Assembly (NCBI GenBank): GCA_043809485.1
Contig: JBDRPB010000014.1
Span: forward strand, 1-37,731
Reading direction: 5' to 3'
Origin: Pseudomonadota bacterium
Lineage (GTDB): Bacteria > Desulfobacterota > DSM-4660 > Desulfatiglandales > Desulfatiglandaceae
Length of the DNA: 37,731 nt
Part shown: positions 1 through 9,112 of the stretch, one piece after another
How the letters are laid out: each line of letters begins with the position of its first letter
Position numbering within the stretch: position 1 is the stretch's first letter
Notes under the pieces: model-generated
Database searches by the model: none
Told to the model about the DNA's origin: nothing
Seen by the model: only the letters and a program-made list of their open reading frames with translations
Program-made: the position numbers and the translations under genes

Positions 1-201
<201 letters not shown>

Positions 202-278
202 TCATGGAATCTTTTTAGTGTCCATATCATGTGCTATTATAAACGATTGAACAAGCAGTTTTTCAGATAAAGTCCTGC

Positions 279-971
279 TTATTGCACAAGTGCCTCTCTG
301 ACAGCAGCTCTGGCAAGCAAGCGTGTAGAGTCCAGGGTTGGCAATGGACAATCATCGGGAACAACTATCAAAGGAATTTCCGTGCACCCAAGAACCACAG
401 CATCACACCCCCGTTGTTTGAGTTTTTCAATAACATCATTAAAGTACATTCGCGATTTTTCTGAAAATATTGCATTTACCAGTTCTTTAAATATTATTTC
501 ATCAATCTTCTCCCGCTCTTTTTCATCCGGTATCTCACATGTTATGCCGAATTTTTCCAGCACTTCCGGGTACACGGGCCCTGTCATAAGATACTTCGTT
601 CCCAGTATCGCTAACCTCTCAAAACCGTTCTGTTTGGCTGTCTCTGCAACCGCTTCTGCAATATGCAGCCAGGGTATCGGCGACTCCTGTTTTACCAATT
701 GAAAAGACTGATGAATGGTATTGTCCGGGCAAATGGCAAAATCTGCTCCAACCCTCGCGAGTTTATGCGTCGAAGAGAGCATAAGTTCTGCGACCTTTTC
801 CCAATCACCCGCACGGATATAAACCATGTAATCCGAAAGAGGGTGGGTATGCATTGTTATCTCCGGATGCCGATGTTCACCCATCTCCCGAGGGGCCTCT
901 GCACAAATTGTACGATAACACAGGGCAGCCCCTTCTGCACTGCAACCTACGATCCCGATATGTTTTGCCAA
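279..971 (-). CDS. Aspartate/glutamate racemase family protein (aspartate racemase-like)
   Basis: Lies within ORF 279-1058. Motifs HIGIVGCSAEGAALCYRTI, AICPDNTIH and LGCTEIPLIV match the two catalytic-Cys regions of the Asp/Glu racemase superfamily. I moved the start to the in-frame TTG at 971 because it is preceded by AAGGAGG plus 5 nt, whereas the ATG at 1058 has no SD. The resulting 230 aa is the usual family length. Confidence 0.8.
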   Translation of the reverse strand: MAKHIGIVGCSAEGAALCYRTICAEAPREMGEHRHPEITMHTHPLSDYMVYIRAGDWEKVAELMLSSTHKLARVGADFAICPDNTIHQSFQLVKQESPIPWLHIAEAVAETAKQNGFERLAILGTKYLMTGPVYPEVLEKFGITCEIPDEKEREKIDEIIFKELVNAIFSEKSRMYFNDVIEKLKQRGCDAVVLGCTEIPLIVVPDDCPLPTLDSTRLLARAAVREALVQ

Positions 972-1141
972 TTGTTCCTCCTTTTTGCAGAAAGCAACGG
1001 TTATGTGTTGTTCTATTCTGTTATGATTTTGAAACGCTGCTATTGCCCTGTGCGACATTTTTATGTTATGGTTATTCCCGGATTTATCCGAGTTGTCAAA
1101 TTATTTCTACCCAACCCCTTCCCCCTGAAAGCGAGATAATC

Positions 1142-1825
1142 ATGGAAATCATATATCATATTGGATCCATTCCCCTCTTTAAGGGTCTCCCAAGGCCACT
1201 GCTTGAAGATCTGGCCATGATCGTAGTGGTTCAGATGTTCGAAAAAAAACAAAACATATTTGTGGATGGGGATGATGGAAACGGCTTTTATGTGGTCATA
1301 TCGGGCAGGGTGAAAATATTCAAAGCCTCATTGGAAGGCAAGGAACAGATCCTTCACATTTTCGGGCCGGGGGAACCCTTTGGAGAGGTTCCGGTTTTTG
1401 CGGGTCTTAAATTCCCGGCCAGCGCAGAGTCTATGGAGGAGAGCCGGATCTTTTTTTTCCCAAGGGATGCCTTTATTGGCCTGATCAAAAAAAGCCCTGA
1501 CATTGCCATGAACATGCTGGCTGTCCTATCGAGGCGACTCATAAGGTTTACCCAGCTAATTGAAAATCTTTCTCTAAAAGAAGTGCCGGGACGTTTAGCC
1601 GCATACCTTCTATACTTGAATGAATTAAATAAGGGGTCTCAAGATCTGGAGCTTGATATTTCCAAGGGTCAATTGGCCAGCCTTTTGGGGACTATTCCTG
1701 AGACTCTCTCGCGTATTCTGGGTAGAATGCATAAAGCAGGGCTGATTGAGTCCGATGGTCCTCGAATCAAAATTGTGAATGTCCAGGGGCTGGAGGACCT
1801 GGCAGTAGCCGGAGGGCGTCTTTAG
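1142..1825 (+). CDS. Crp/Fnr family transcriptional regulator (cNMP-binding domain plus C-terminal HTH)
   Basis: Product MEIIYHIGSIPLFKGLPRPLLEDLA...FGEVPVF...SRRLIRF...GQLASLLGTIPETLSRILGRM has the typical Crp/Fnr architecture. The part of the track ORF upstream of 1142 overlaps the racemase gene and has no Crp-like sequence. Confidence 0.85.
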   Translation: MEIIYHIGSIPLFKGLPRPLLEDLAMIVVVQMFEKKQNIFVDGDDGNGFYVVISGRVKIFKASLEGKEQILHIFGPGEPFGEVPVFAGLKFPASAESMEESRIFFFPRDAFIGLIKKSPDIAMNMLAVLSRRLIRFTQLIENLSLKEVPGRLAAYLLYLNELNKGSQDLELDISKGQLASLLGTIPETLSRILGRMHKAGLIESDGPRIKIVNVQGLEDLAVAGGRL

Positions 1826-3015
1826 TTATTCTGCATCAGATAGGACACTGTCCTTTCAAGCCCGTCGATGGTGAGTTCAAACATGGGAAATATTTCACGG
1901 ATCATACTGATGCTGCGGGTGTAAGGCCATTCCGCAGGTAACTTGGGATTTAGCCACACAGAGTGAGGAAAGGTTTCGGCAATAAACCGGAGCCGCTCAT
2001 AACTGGGCTTCATAGTCCTTTCCTCGATGTGGATGGATCCGTCCGTGGCCATCAGTTCATAGGGGGCCATGCTGGCATCGCCCACGATGATAAACCGGGT
2101 TTCCGGGTCAAGTCGGATCAAATCATCCACCTTGAAAGGCTTTCTAAACCTGGGGGGGTCCTTCCAAATATTATCATAGATGGTATTGTGAAAGAAAAAG
2201 GTTTTTACTTCTTTGAACTGAGAACGGCTATAGTTAAAAAGTGTTTGCACTATCTCCACGTAAGGATCCATAGACCATCCGCCATTGTCTATGGCCAAAA
2301 TAACCTTGAGGCGATCTTTAAGGCTGCGATCAAAGACAATCTCGATCTCCCCGGCATTCTTCATGGTCTGATAAATGGTTTTATCGATATTAATCTGGTC
2401 TTTGGCGCCCACAGGCACCAGGTTTCTCAACCTTTTCAGGGCCTCTCCAATTTGGGCCTGGGTAAGCGGTCCTTCTTGAGAATAATCACGATATCGTCTG
2501 TCCATGGCCACTTTCACGGCAGATTTGTTCCTTGAGACACCCCCTACCCTCATTCCGCCTGGATGGTAGCCTGAATGCCCCACAGGGGATGTCCCTCCCG
2601 TGCCGATCCATTTGCCTCCGCCGTGGTGTTCGCCTTTTTGTTCCTTTAACCGATCCAGGAAGTACTGCAGCAACTCCTCCGGACTCAATTTATTCAGAGA
2701 GTCTTCATCAATGCCCAGGGCATCTGCGAGGCCCCTGGGATCCTTCAGCCACTCCTCAAGCATGGCCTGAGCCACTTCGGACAGCTCGAATTCATCGGGT
2801 TCTTTGAGTTCAGCCCCTTCAAAATGGTGTGCGAACACCTGGTCATAGAGATCGAAGTATCTTTCGCTCTTAACCAGAATAGAGCGGGAGGCCGTGTAAA
2901 AATCATCAATGGACGTGATAAGGCCCATGCCAAGGGCCTTTTGAAGCCGCAAGAATGAAGTAGGCGAAACCGGAACGCCTACCTGTTTTAAGAGGTAGAA
3001 AAAATTGGTAAACAT
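1822..3015 (-). CDS. VWA domain-containing CoxE-like protein (partner of the MoxR ATPase)
   Basis: N-terminus MFTNFFYLLKQVGVPVSPTSFLRLQKAL is the characteristic CoxE/VWA-partner N-terminus. The C-terminal half has a VWA-like core (LAIDNGGWSM). It lies directly downstream of a MoxR-type AAA gene. Start placed at ATG 3015 (GGAG 10 nt upstream). ATG 3033 is also possible. Confidence 0.8.
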   Translation of the reverse strand: MFTNFFYLLKQVGVPVSPTSFLRLQKALGMGLITSIDDFYTASRSILVKSERYFDLYDQVFAHHFEGAELKEPDEFELSEVAQAMLEEWLKDPRGLADALGIDEDSLNKLSPEELLQYFLDRLKEQKGEHHGGGKWIGTGGTSPVGHSGYHPGGMRVGGVSRNKSAVKVAMDRRYRDYSQEGPLTQAQIGEALKRLRNLVPVGAKDQINIDKTIYQTMKNAGEIEIVFDRSLKDRLKVILAIDNGGWSMDPYVEIVQTLFNYSRSQFKEVKTFFFHNTIYDNIWKDPPRFRKPFKVDDLIRLDPETRFIIVGDASMAPYELMATDGSIHIEERTMKPSYERLRFIAETFPHSVWLNPKLPAEWPYTRSISMIREIFPMFELTIDGLERTVSYLMQNN

Positions 3016-3054
3016 GGTCTTATCGCTCCGCATAGCGCATGGCGACCATTCTTT

Positions 3055-3089
3055 ACGCCCTACGCCCTATGCCCTATGCCCTATGCCCT
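3055..3089 (-). repeat. Tandem heptamer x5 (coding-strand AGGGCAT x3, AGGGCGT x2) in the MoxR-VWA intercistronic spacer; G3N4 G-quadruplex motif
   Basis: The plus strand reads acgccct acgccct atgccct atgccct atgccct. The array starts immediately after the MoxR stop codon (3090-3092). Confidence 0.95.
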
Positions 3090-3944
3090 TCACAGTCTCA
3101 TGCGTGAAATGGAATTGCGAGCAATAGTATAATCCGGGCTCTTCTTAAACAGGACGCCCAGGTAAGGGATATCTCCTTTAACTAAGTGCTTTACTTTGAA
3201 ATCAGGATCTGCCTTCAATGCCCTGATCCAGTTAATCAGCTCCCTGGTTGCTGGTTTTTTCTCAATACCCCTGAAGTCTCTCATCTGATAGAATGCCCTG
3301 ACTCCATGGTCCATCAAATCCTTGCCAATGTCAGGAAAATGCACCTGGACAATCTTCCTCATCATATCAGGTTCAGGAAAGGCAATATGATGGAAATTAC
3401 AGCGTCCCAGAAAAGGATCCGAGAGGTCTTTTTTTGCATTGGATGTGATAATAATGACGGGCCTGCAATTGGCACCGATGGTTTTGTCGATCTCAATGAT
3501 ATCGAATTCCATCTGATCCAGAACATCCAGCATATCGTCCTGAAAATCCGTGTCTGCCTTGTCGATTTCGTCAATCAGCAGAATAACCCGTTCGTCAGAC
3601 ACAAAGGACTGGCCTATTTTGCCCATTTTGATATACTCTTCGATATTACTCACATCCCTTTTTGAATCACCAAACCGGCTGTCATTGAGCCTGGTTAAGG
3701 TATCATATTGGTACAGGGCATCCACAAGCTTCATGCTCGATTTCACGTTCAGCACGATCAACTTCATATTGAGGGCTTCTGATATTGCATGTGCGAGCAT
3801 GGTTTTGCCGGTTCCTGGCTCTCCTTTTAGAAGCAGGGGCATTTCAAGGGCCATGGTGATATTCACTATTTGGGCGAGTTCCTCATCCAGGATATATTTG
3901 GAGGCTCCGGTGAATTGTTCTGTTGGGCTATATTCTGCAAGCAT
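3090..3944 (-). CDS. MoxR-like AAA+ ATPase (AAA_5/CbbQ-NorQ-CoxD-like)
   Basis: Walker A LLLKGEPGTGKTMLAHAI and Walker B ILLIDEIDKAD. Size is about 285 aa. It is paired with a VWA protein. Start set at ATG 3944 (MLAEYSPTEQF), which has AAGGAG 7 nt upstream. The track start at 4001 lacks an SD. Confidence 0.85.
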   Translation of the reverse strand: MLAEYSPTEQFTGASKYILDEELAQIVNITMALEMPLLLKGEPGTGKTMLAHAISEALNMKLIVLNVKSSMKLVDALYQYDTLTRLNDSRFGDSKRDVSNIEEYIKMGKIGQSFVSDERVILLIDEIDKADTDFQDDMLDVLDQMEFDIIEIDKTIGANCRPVIIITSNAKKDLSDPFLGRCNFHHIAFPEPDMMRKIVQVHFPDIGKDLMDHGVRAFYQMRDFRGIEKKPATRELINWIRALKADPDFKVKHLVKGDIPYLGVLFKKSPDYTIARNSISRMRL

Positions 3945-4128
3945 GTATCTACTCCTTAACTTAAACGGGATTTTGTCAAACAGGCTATGGAGCATTCGCA
4001 TCGATACTCTATAAAACCTTAAAAATTAAGGTAATCATTATTTTAGCCTGGTCAACATAAAACATCAGAATTAGCCTGTAAAACGGGCCCGGAAGAATCG
4101 AACCTCATTAAAGCGAAGGAGAAATATT

Positions 4129-4737
4129 ATGCCGTTAGCCTTTGATTCCCTCAGCCACGGATCTATAGCTTTTGGTTTTTTCAACATAGATTCGGACATG
4201 CTGCTTCTTGATCGCTATTTCTTTTTCTCCACTGACTTCTGCGAACATATTTCCAGTATCGTGGAAAGTGATGAGGAGGGATCTTTTAAGACCTCCTGGC
4301 AGGTCTACTATATTGAGGAGCCGGAAGATATCGGAGACCTCATGGGTGCCATTCATGGGATCCATTATCAAGGCTTCATGGGCGAGCTATATCGCCGATT
4401 CCCGTTCCCTGAAAGACCCGAAGATTTTAAGCAAAAGCCCCAAGGCGTCAAAACCCGTGCCATTGTGGAGGACATGATTGCAAAATATGCGGAATATATT
4501 GAGATTCCCTTTTTTACGGATAAAGAGGCACAAGAGGTTGAAATTGGTGCCTACAGGTTCAGCAGGCCTTCATTTCATGAATTGATCAAATATGTCTGGC
4601 GAGGCGGTTATCCCCGCTGGAAAGACGAGGTCAAACCCGATTATGTGCTGGCAATGAAAAGGGAAATCGAGCAGAAAAAAATTGGATTATTCGAAGGCAT
4701 ATTTTTTATCGATCCTCCCTCAGATTGTCACGCGTAA
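4129..4737 (+). CDS. Hypothetical protein, 202 aa, no family recognised
   Basis: Strong SD (AAGGAG plus 8 nt) before the ATG. Non-repetitive acidic soluble protein (MPLAFDSLSHGSIAFGFFNIDSDMLLLDRYFFF...). Transcribed divergently from the MoxR-VWA operon. The 3' end overlaps the convergent MFS gene by 32 bp. Confidence 0.6.
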   Translation: MPLAFDSLSHGSIAFGFFNIDSDMLLLDRYFFFSTDFCEHISSIVESDEEGSFKTSWQVYYIEEPEDIGDLMGAIHGIHYQGFMGELYRRFPFPERPEDFKQKPQGVKTRAIVEDMIAKYAEYIEIPFFTDKEAQEVEIGAYRFSRPSFHELIKYVWRGGYPRWKDEVKPDYVLAMKREIEQKKIGLFEGIFFIDPPSDCHA

Positions 4738-5950
4738 ACAGGTAGAGGAGAGACGTCCCGCCCAGACAGGCCGCGCACAGAATCAGGGCCGCGGTAAAGG
4801 CATCAGATCCACGTGAAGCATGCGGATAGAAATGCTGCATGAAACTCCCTATTCCCTGTAGAAATACGGCCGGACCAATCATGGTGAAGAAATTTATCCC
4901 CGTCATAGCTGTCCCTGCCATTTCTATGGGCATGAGGTCCTTGATATGGGCATACATCAATGACCCTGCCGATCCGAACAGGCCGAAGCCAAAGAAAAGG
5001 ACGCCTAGAGCCAGAAGACCTGTTCCCGGTGAAAGCATTGCTATGATAAGCGTGACAAAGGAAAGGACCCCCAGACCACAAAAAACGATCCATTTGCGTG
5101 TCATGAAAATCCTGTCCGAAAGTGCGCCCCAGGCAGGGCCTCCCAGAATAAGGCCAAGATTCATTAGAAAGAGGAGATTCCCTGTATTCACGGCAGAAAG
5201 GCCCATGACCTCCATAAGATAAGGCCCGGCCCAGAGAGTCTGAAACGCGGCAAATATACCGTAACGAACAAATGTTCCCAGCGAGATTATCCAGTAATCT
5301 CTCTTTCTTAAGAGAAGACCCAGGCCAGAGAATTTCCGGTACAAAGAGTGGGCAGCCTCAGAGGTGGAGGGAACCGGAAACTCTTGCTTTTGTTCAGGCC
5401 TGTCGCGCACAACCATGTAAAGAATAAGAGTAATAATAAGATTGATACCCCCGATAAAGACAAAAGTCAGCCGCCAGCCCATCTGCTGAACTAACAAAAC
5501 CAGGGGGATCGTGGCTGCCATGTTCCCCACAGTCCCGATGGAAAAGACAATCCCGGAAAGGGTGGCGAAACTGAGCGGTCCAAACCACACGGTTACAAGT
5601 TTCAAGGTCCCCATAAGGTGGCAGGCCATCCCCACCCCAAGGCAGACACGCCCCACCAACCCAATAGCAAGGGAATCCGCCCAGGCAAATATCAGGGCGC
5701 CAATGGTGCCCATAAGGGAAAGGGCAGTCATCATGCGTCTCGGACCCACTCTATCCAGAAGCATGCTAATAGGTATCTGAGTCAGTGCAAAGGCATAGAA
5801 AAAGGACGCGGAGATCAAACCTAACCCTTGAGTATTTAGAGACAGATCTTCGGTGAGTTGTGGGGCAATAACCGCATTGGAGGCACGATAAAACTGGGAC
5901 AGAAAAAAGCCCAATGAAGTGATAGCGAAAATGGCCCAACGACGGGACAT
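4706..5950 (-). CDS. MFS transporter
   Basis: 414 aa, about 12 hydrophobic segments, MFS signature LDRVGPRR between TM2 and TM3. Confidence 0.85.
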   Translation of the reverse strand: MSRRWAIFAITSLGFFLSQFYRASNAVIAPQLTEDLSLNTQGLGLISASFFYAFALTQIPISMLLDRVGPRRMMTALSLMGTIGALIFAWADSLAIGLVGRVCLGVGMACHLMGTLKLVTVWFGPLSFATLSGIVFSIGTVGNMAATIPLVLLVQQMGWRLTFVFIGGINLIITLILYMVVRDRPEQKQEFPVPSTSEAAHSLYRKFSGLGLLLRKRDYWIISLGTFVRYGIFAAFQTLWAGPYLMEVMGLSAVNTGNLLFLMNLGLILGGPAWGALSDRIFMTRKWIVFCGLGVLSFVTLIIAMLSPGTGLLALGVLFFGFGLFGSAGSLMYAHIKDLMPIEMAGTAMTGINFFTMIGPAVFLQGIGSFMQHFYPHASRGSDAFTAALILCAACLGGTSLLYLFTRDNLREDR

Positions 5951-6212
5951 GGCACCTCTCAGCAGGCAGGACCGTTGGCCCTCTAAAGAAATTTTAAATT
6001 CACGGAAATGTTGTACGCCGCCAATCGGGAAAAGAGCTGAGCCAGAGTGAGCATTGATCCTGTTCGATAAAATAAATCTGTGGTGAGTTGAAATATATTG
6101 GACGGGTGAGGTAAGGTCAAGGGGAAACGGGGCTGACTAATTGAGTTTATATTTGAACCGTGTTATTTCTTATGCCTAAGGCTATTATGCAACAACATTT
6201 TTGGAGTTGGAC

Positions 6213-7610
6213 GTGGGTTCGATAAATGAGACCATCAAGAAGGTCAGGCATACCATCATTAAGTACAAAATGATCAGGGACGGTGACCGGGTTATTGTGG
6301 CCGTTTCAGGCGGGCCAGACTCTGTCTGTCTACTGGACATCCTCCAGGAACTTGAAGATGAGTTAATGATCGAATTGGTGGTAGCCCATTTTGATCACGG
6401 GCTTAGGCCAGGTGAAGATGGAGTTGAGAACAGGTTTGTCGCGTCCCTGGCCGTGGCCCTCAATCTCCCGTTTGAAATAAAAAAAGCAGATCCCGACATG
6501 GGCCAGGGAGGCGCCTCTCTTGAGGAAAGGGCAAGGCACGCCAGGTACCAGTTTCTTGAAGAGGTGAAGGAGAAGTTTTCTGCCCAAAAAATTGCGATCG
6601 GCCATAATCTAAACGATCAAGCCGAGACAGTCCTTATGAGGCTTTTGCGAGGTAGCGGACCCTCAGGACTTGCAGGGATACCGCCGTGCAGGGAGGAAAA
6701 GATCATCAGGCCTCTTATCGAAATAACCCGTGGGGAGATCGAATCCTACCTTGAGCTCAAGGGCCTCACCCATATGACTGACTCCTCAAATCTTCAAGCC
6801 TGCTATTTGAGGAACAAAATTCGCCTGGAGCTCCTCCCCCGCCTCAGGGAATACCAGCCTCGTATCGTGGAACTTCTGGGGAGGACGGCAGATATCATGA
6901 GAAACGATGAGGCCTGGCTGGCGGCCAGGGCCGAAGAGTGGGTAGAGGGGTCGACTGAGACCAGGGGCGATGGGGAAATCCGGATACCTTTATCTTCGTT
7001 CATAATACTTCCAGAGGCGTTGAAGAACCGTGTCATCCGGTATGCCTTAAAAATGTCAGGGGGGAGCCTTCGGCGTGTGAGTCTGCGGCACATAGAGGCC
7101 ATTAATCAAATGGCAATGGGGAAAAAACCTCAGGCCCTGGTTAATCTTCCGAACGGCATAATTGCAAAGAAAGTGTATGACAGACTGGTCTTCACTGGAA
7201 CGAAGGACACTCGATCCGAGGGCTTTTGCTATCTCTTGGACGGGCCGGGCAAGTTTGATCTGACAGCCTTAGGGCGCACAATTTTGCTTACAGAGATGGA
7301 AAAGGCGGCACTGTCTGACATGGGGGCCTCCCGGTGGTGCGCGTTCCTGAACGCAGACCACCTGATATATCCTTTGGTGATCAGAAATGTCCGACCCGGA
7401 GATAAGTTTGTTCCCTTCGGTATGAGCGGGCACAAGAAGCTCAAGGACTTCTTTATGGACCTCAAAGTGCCCTCCGAGGCCAGGGCTCAAACACCGATTT
7501 TGTTCTGCCGGGATATTCCGATTTGGGTATGCGGCTTTAGGATTGACGACCGTTTCAAAATCTTACCCGATACTAAAAAGATCTTGAAGGTTACATTTGA
7601 TGCAGATTGA
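6213..7610 (+). CDS. tilS: tRNA(Ile)-lysidine synthetase
   Basis: PP-loop VAVSGGPDSVCLL, then HFDHGLRP and IAIGHNLNDQAETVLMRLLRG, with a C-terminal TilS domain. There is no in-frame ATG. GTG at 6213 lies 7 nt after GGAG. TTG at 6201 (the track start) is an alternative. Confidence 0.9.
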   Translation: MGSINETIKKVRHTIIKYKMIRDGDRVIVAVSGGPDSVCLLDILQELEDELMIELVVAHFDHGLRPGEDGVENRFVASLAVALNLPFEIKKADPDMGQGGASLEERARHARYQFLEEVKEKFSAQKIAIGHNLNDQAETVLMRLLRGSGPSGLAGIPPCREEKIIRPLIEITRGEIESYLELKGLTHMTDSSNLQACYLRNKIRLELLPRLREYQPRIVELLGRTADIMRNDEAWLAARAEEWVEGSTETRGDGEIRIPLSSFIILPEALKNRVIRYALKMSGGSLRRVSLRHIEAINQMAMGKKPQALVNLPNGIIAKKVYDRLVFTGTKDTRSEGFCYLLDGPGKFDLTALGRTILLTEMEKAALSDMGASRWCAFLNADHLIYPLVIRNVRPGDKFVPFGMSGHKKLKDFFMDLKVPSEARAQTPILFCRDIPIWVCGFRIDDRFKILPDTKKILKVTFDAD

Positions 7611-7629
7611 TTTCAGGGACGGTTGGAAA

Positions 7630-8703
7630 CTAATCTATTCGCTCCACCCATCCGTAAGTATCGGCCTTTCCTCCGTATTGTAGGGCCACGATTTCATCGT
7701 AGAGCTTTTGAGAGAGGTCTCCCATTTTACCTCCAGCCACGATATGGTCTTCTCCTTTGTAGGTCATCTGCCCCACTGGCGATATCACGGCCGCTGTACC
7801 TGTGCCAAAGGCCTCCTTCAGGGTCCCGTTCCTGGCGGCCTCCACAATTTCGTCTATGGCAAGACTCCTCTCTGACACTTTCATACCCCAGCCCTTCACC
7901 AGCTCTATGACCGAATCCCTTGTAATTCCTGGCAGGATGCTGCCGTCAAGCGGGGCAGTAATCACCTCCTCATTAATAAGAAAAAACATGTTCATAGTTC
8001 CAACTTCTTCCACATATTTATGCTCCTTGGAATCCAGCCACAATACCTGGGTAAAGCCTTTTTCCTTTGCTTTTTCAGTTGCCAGCAGGCTGCTCGCATA
8101 ATTGCCCGCGGTTTTAGCATCACCGGTTCCACCATGGGCAGCCCGGACATAGAAATCCTCCACATAAATCGTGACCGGGTTCAGGCCTTCCTTGAAATAG
8201 GGCCCTACGGGTCCAATAATAATGAAGAACAAATAAGTGGCGGAGGGGCGAACTCCTAAGTGTGGTTCAGTGGCAAGCATGGTGGGTCTGATGTACAGAG
8301 ACGTCCCTTCACTCCTTGGGATCCATTCTTTATCAAGGAGAATGAGTTTTTTCATGCCTTCCATGGCCAGTTCTATATCCATTTCGGGCATACAGAGTCT
8401 TACAGCGGAGCGATTGAGTCTTTTAAAATTATCCCTTGCTCTAAAGAGATAAATTCTCCCATCTCTTCCTCCGTAAGCCTTTAGCCCTTCAAATATCTCC
8501 TGCCCATAATGAATGCCCATGGCAGCAGGGTCAATTGAGATATTGCGGTATGGTTCTATGCGGGGATTGTGCCAACCGGTTCCGGATTCATAGTCCATGA
8601 GGAACATGTGGTCTGTGAAAATATCGCCAAATCCAATTTGAGACTCATCTGCGGGTCTTGGTTTCAGATCGCTATTATTGGCTTGTGTGACTTTGATTTC
8701 CAT
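7630..8703 (-). CDS. ilvE: Branched-chain amino acid aminotransferase (class IV PLP enzyme)
   Basis: Sequence GFGDIFTDHMF...GIHYGQEIFEGLKAY...EEVGTMNMFF...GITRDSV is typical of long-form IlvE. Start moved to ATG 8703 (MEIKVTQ), preceded by AAGGAGAG. Confidence 0.9.
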   Translation of the reverse strand: MEIKVTQANNSDLKPRPADESQIGFGDIFTDHMFLMDYESGTGWHNPRIEPYRNISIDPAAMGIHYGQEIFEGLKAYGGRDGRIYLFRARDNFKRLNRSAVRLCMPEMDIELAMEGMKKLILLDKEWIPRSEGTSLYIRPTMLATEPHLGVRPSATYLFFIIIGPVGPYFKEGLNPVTIYVEDFYVRAAHGGTGDAKTAGNYASSLLATEKAKEKGFTQVLWLDSKEHKYVEEVGTMNMFFLINEEVITAPLDGSILPGITRDSVIELVKGWGMKVSERSLAIDEIVEAARNGTLKEAFGTGTAAVISPVGQMTYKGEDHIVAGGKMGDLSQKLYDEIVALQYGGKADTYGWVERID

Positions 8704-8879
8704 AACTCTCTCCTTCTGGCCTTTGTCTTGATGTTTTAATGACACTTTCTAATTTGTTGCAAGTCTTGTCAAGTTGATTTTCCCAACATCCCATTCCCTC
8801 AATTTCCAAGAACCCAGTATTCCAGCACTACATCCTTCTTCCTGTCTCTTTAGCGCTGCTACAGGATCAACAATTTTGA

Positions 8880-8909
8880 TTGACAAGACAGGCCATGTTA
8901 GATTATTAA
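8880..8909 (+). promoter_or_regulatory. Putative sigma70-type promoter (TTGACA-N18-TATTAA) upstream of the rhodanese-like gene
   Basis: Perfect -35 hexamer at 8880-8885 and a 4/6 -10 at 8904-8909. This would leave a leader of about 200 nt before the ATG at 9113. Confidence 0.3.
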
Positions 8910-9112
8910 TTTATATCAGAATTCAAGGCAGTTGCAAATATTAGCTAAAAAATCTTGATAATAAAAGAGCGCAAGGGCTCAAATTGTGAAGACACGCTTC
9001 TGCCTTTGCCGGGGTGAATTGAACTCTCTGCCTGGCTAAGCTCTGGCTCAAACCTACGGGACGGATAGAGTTCCGGACCACTGGAACCAGATAGATGGAA
9101 ATAAATAACACC

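Noticed and set aside
854-1141. N-terminal 96-codon extension of the Crp/Fnr ORF in the track
   Set aside because: It overlaps the racemase gene on the other strand and has no Crp-like sequence. The conserved N-terminus starts at ATG 1142.
4085-4115. tRNA T-loop-like string (minus strand GGTTCGATTC)
   Set aside because: The flanking bases do not form a T-stem, acceptor stem or anticodon arm. I found no tRNA in the window.
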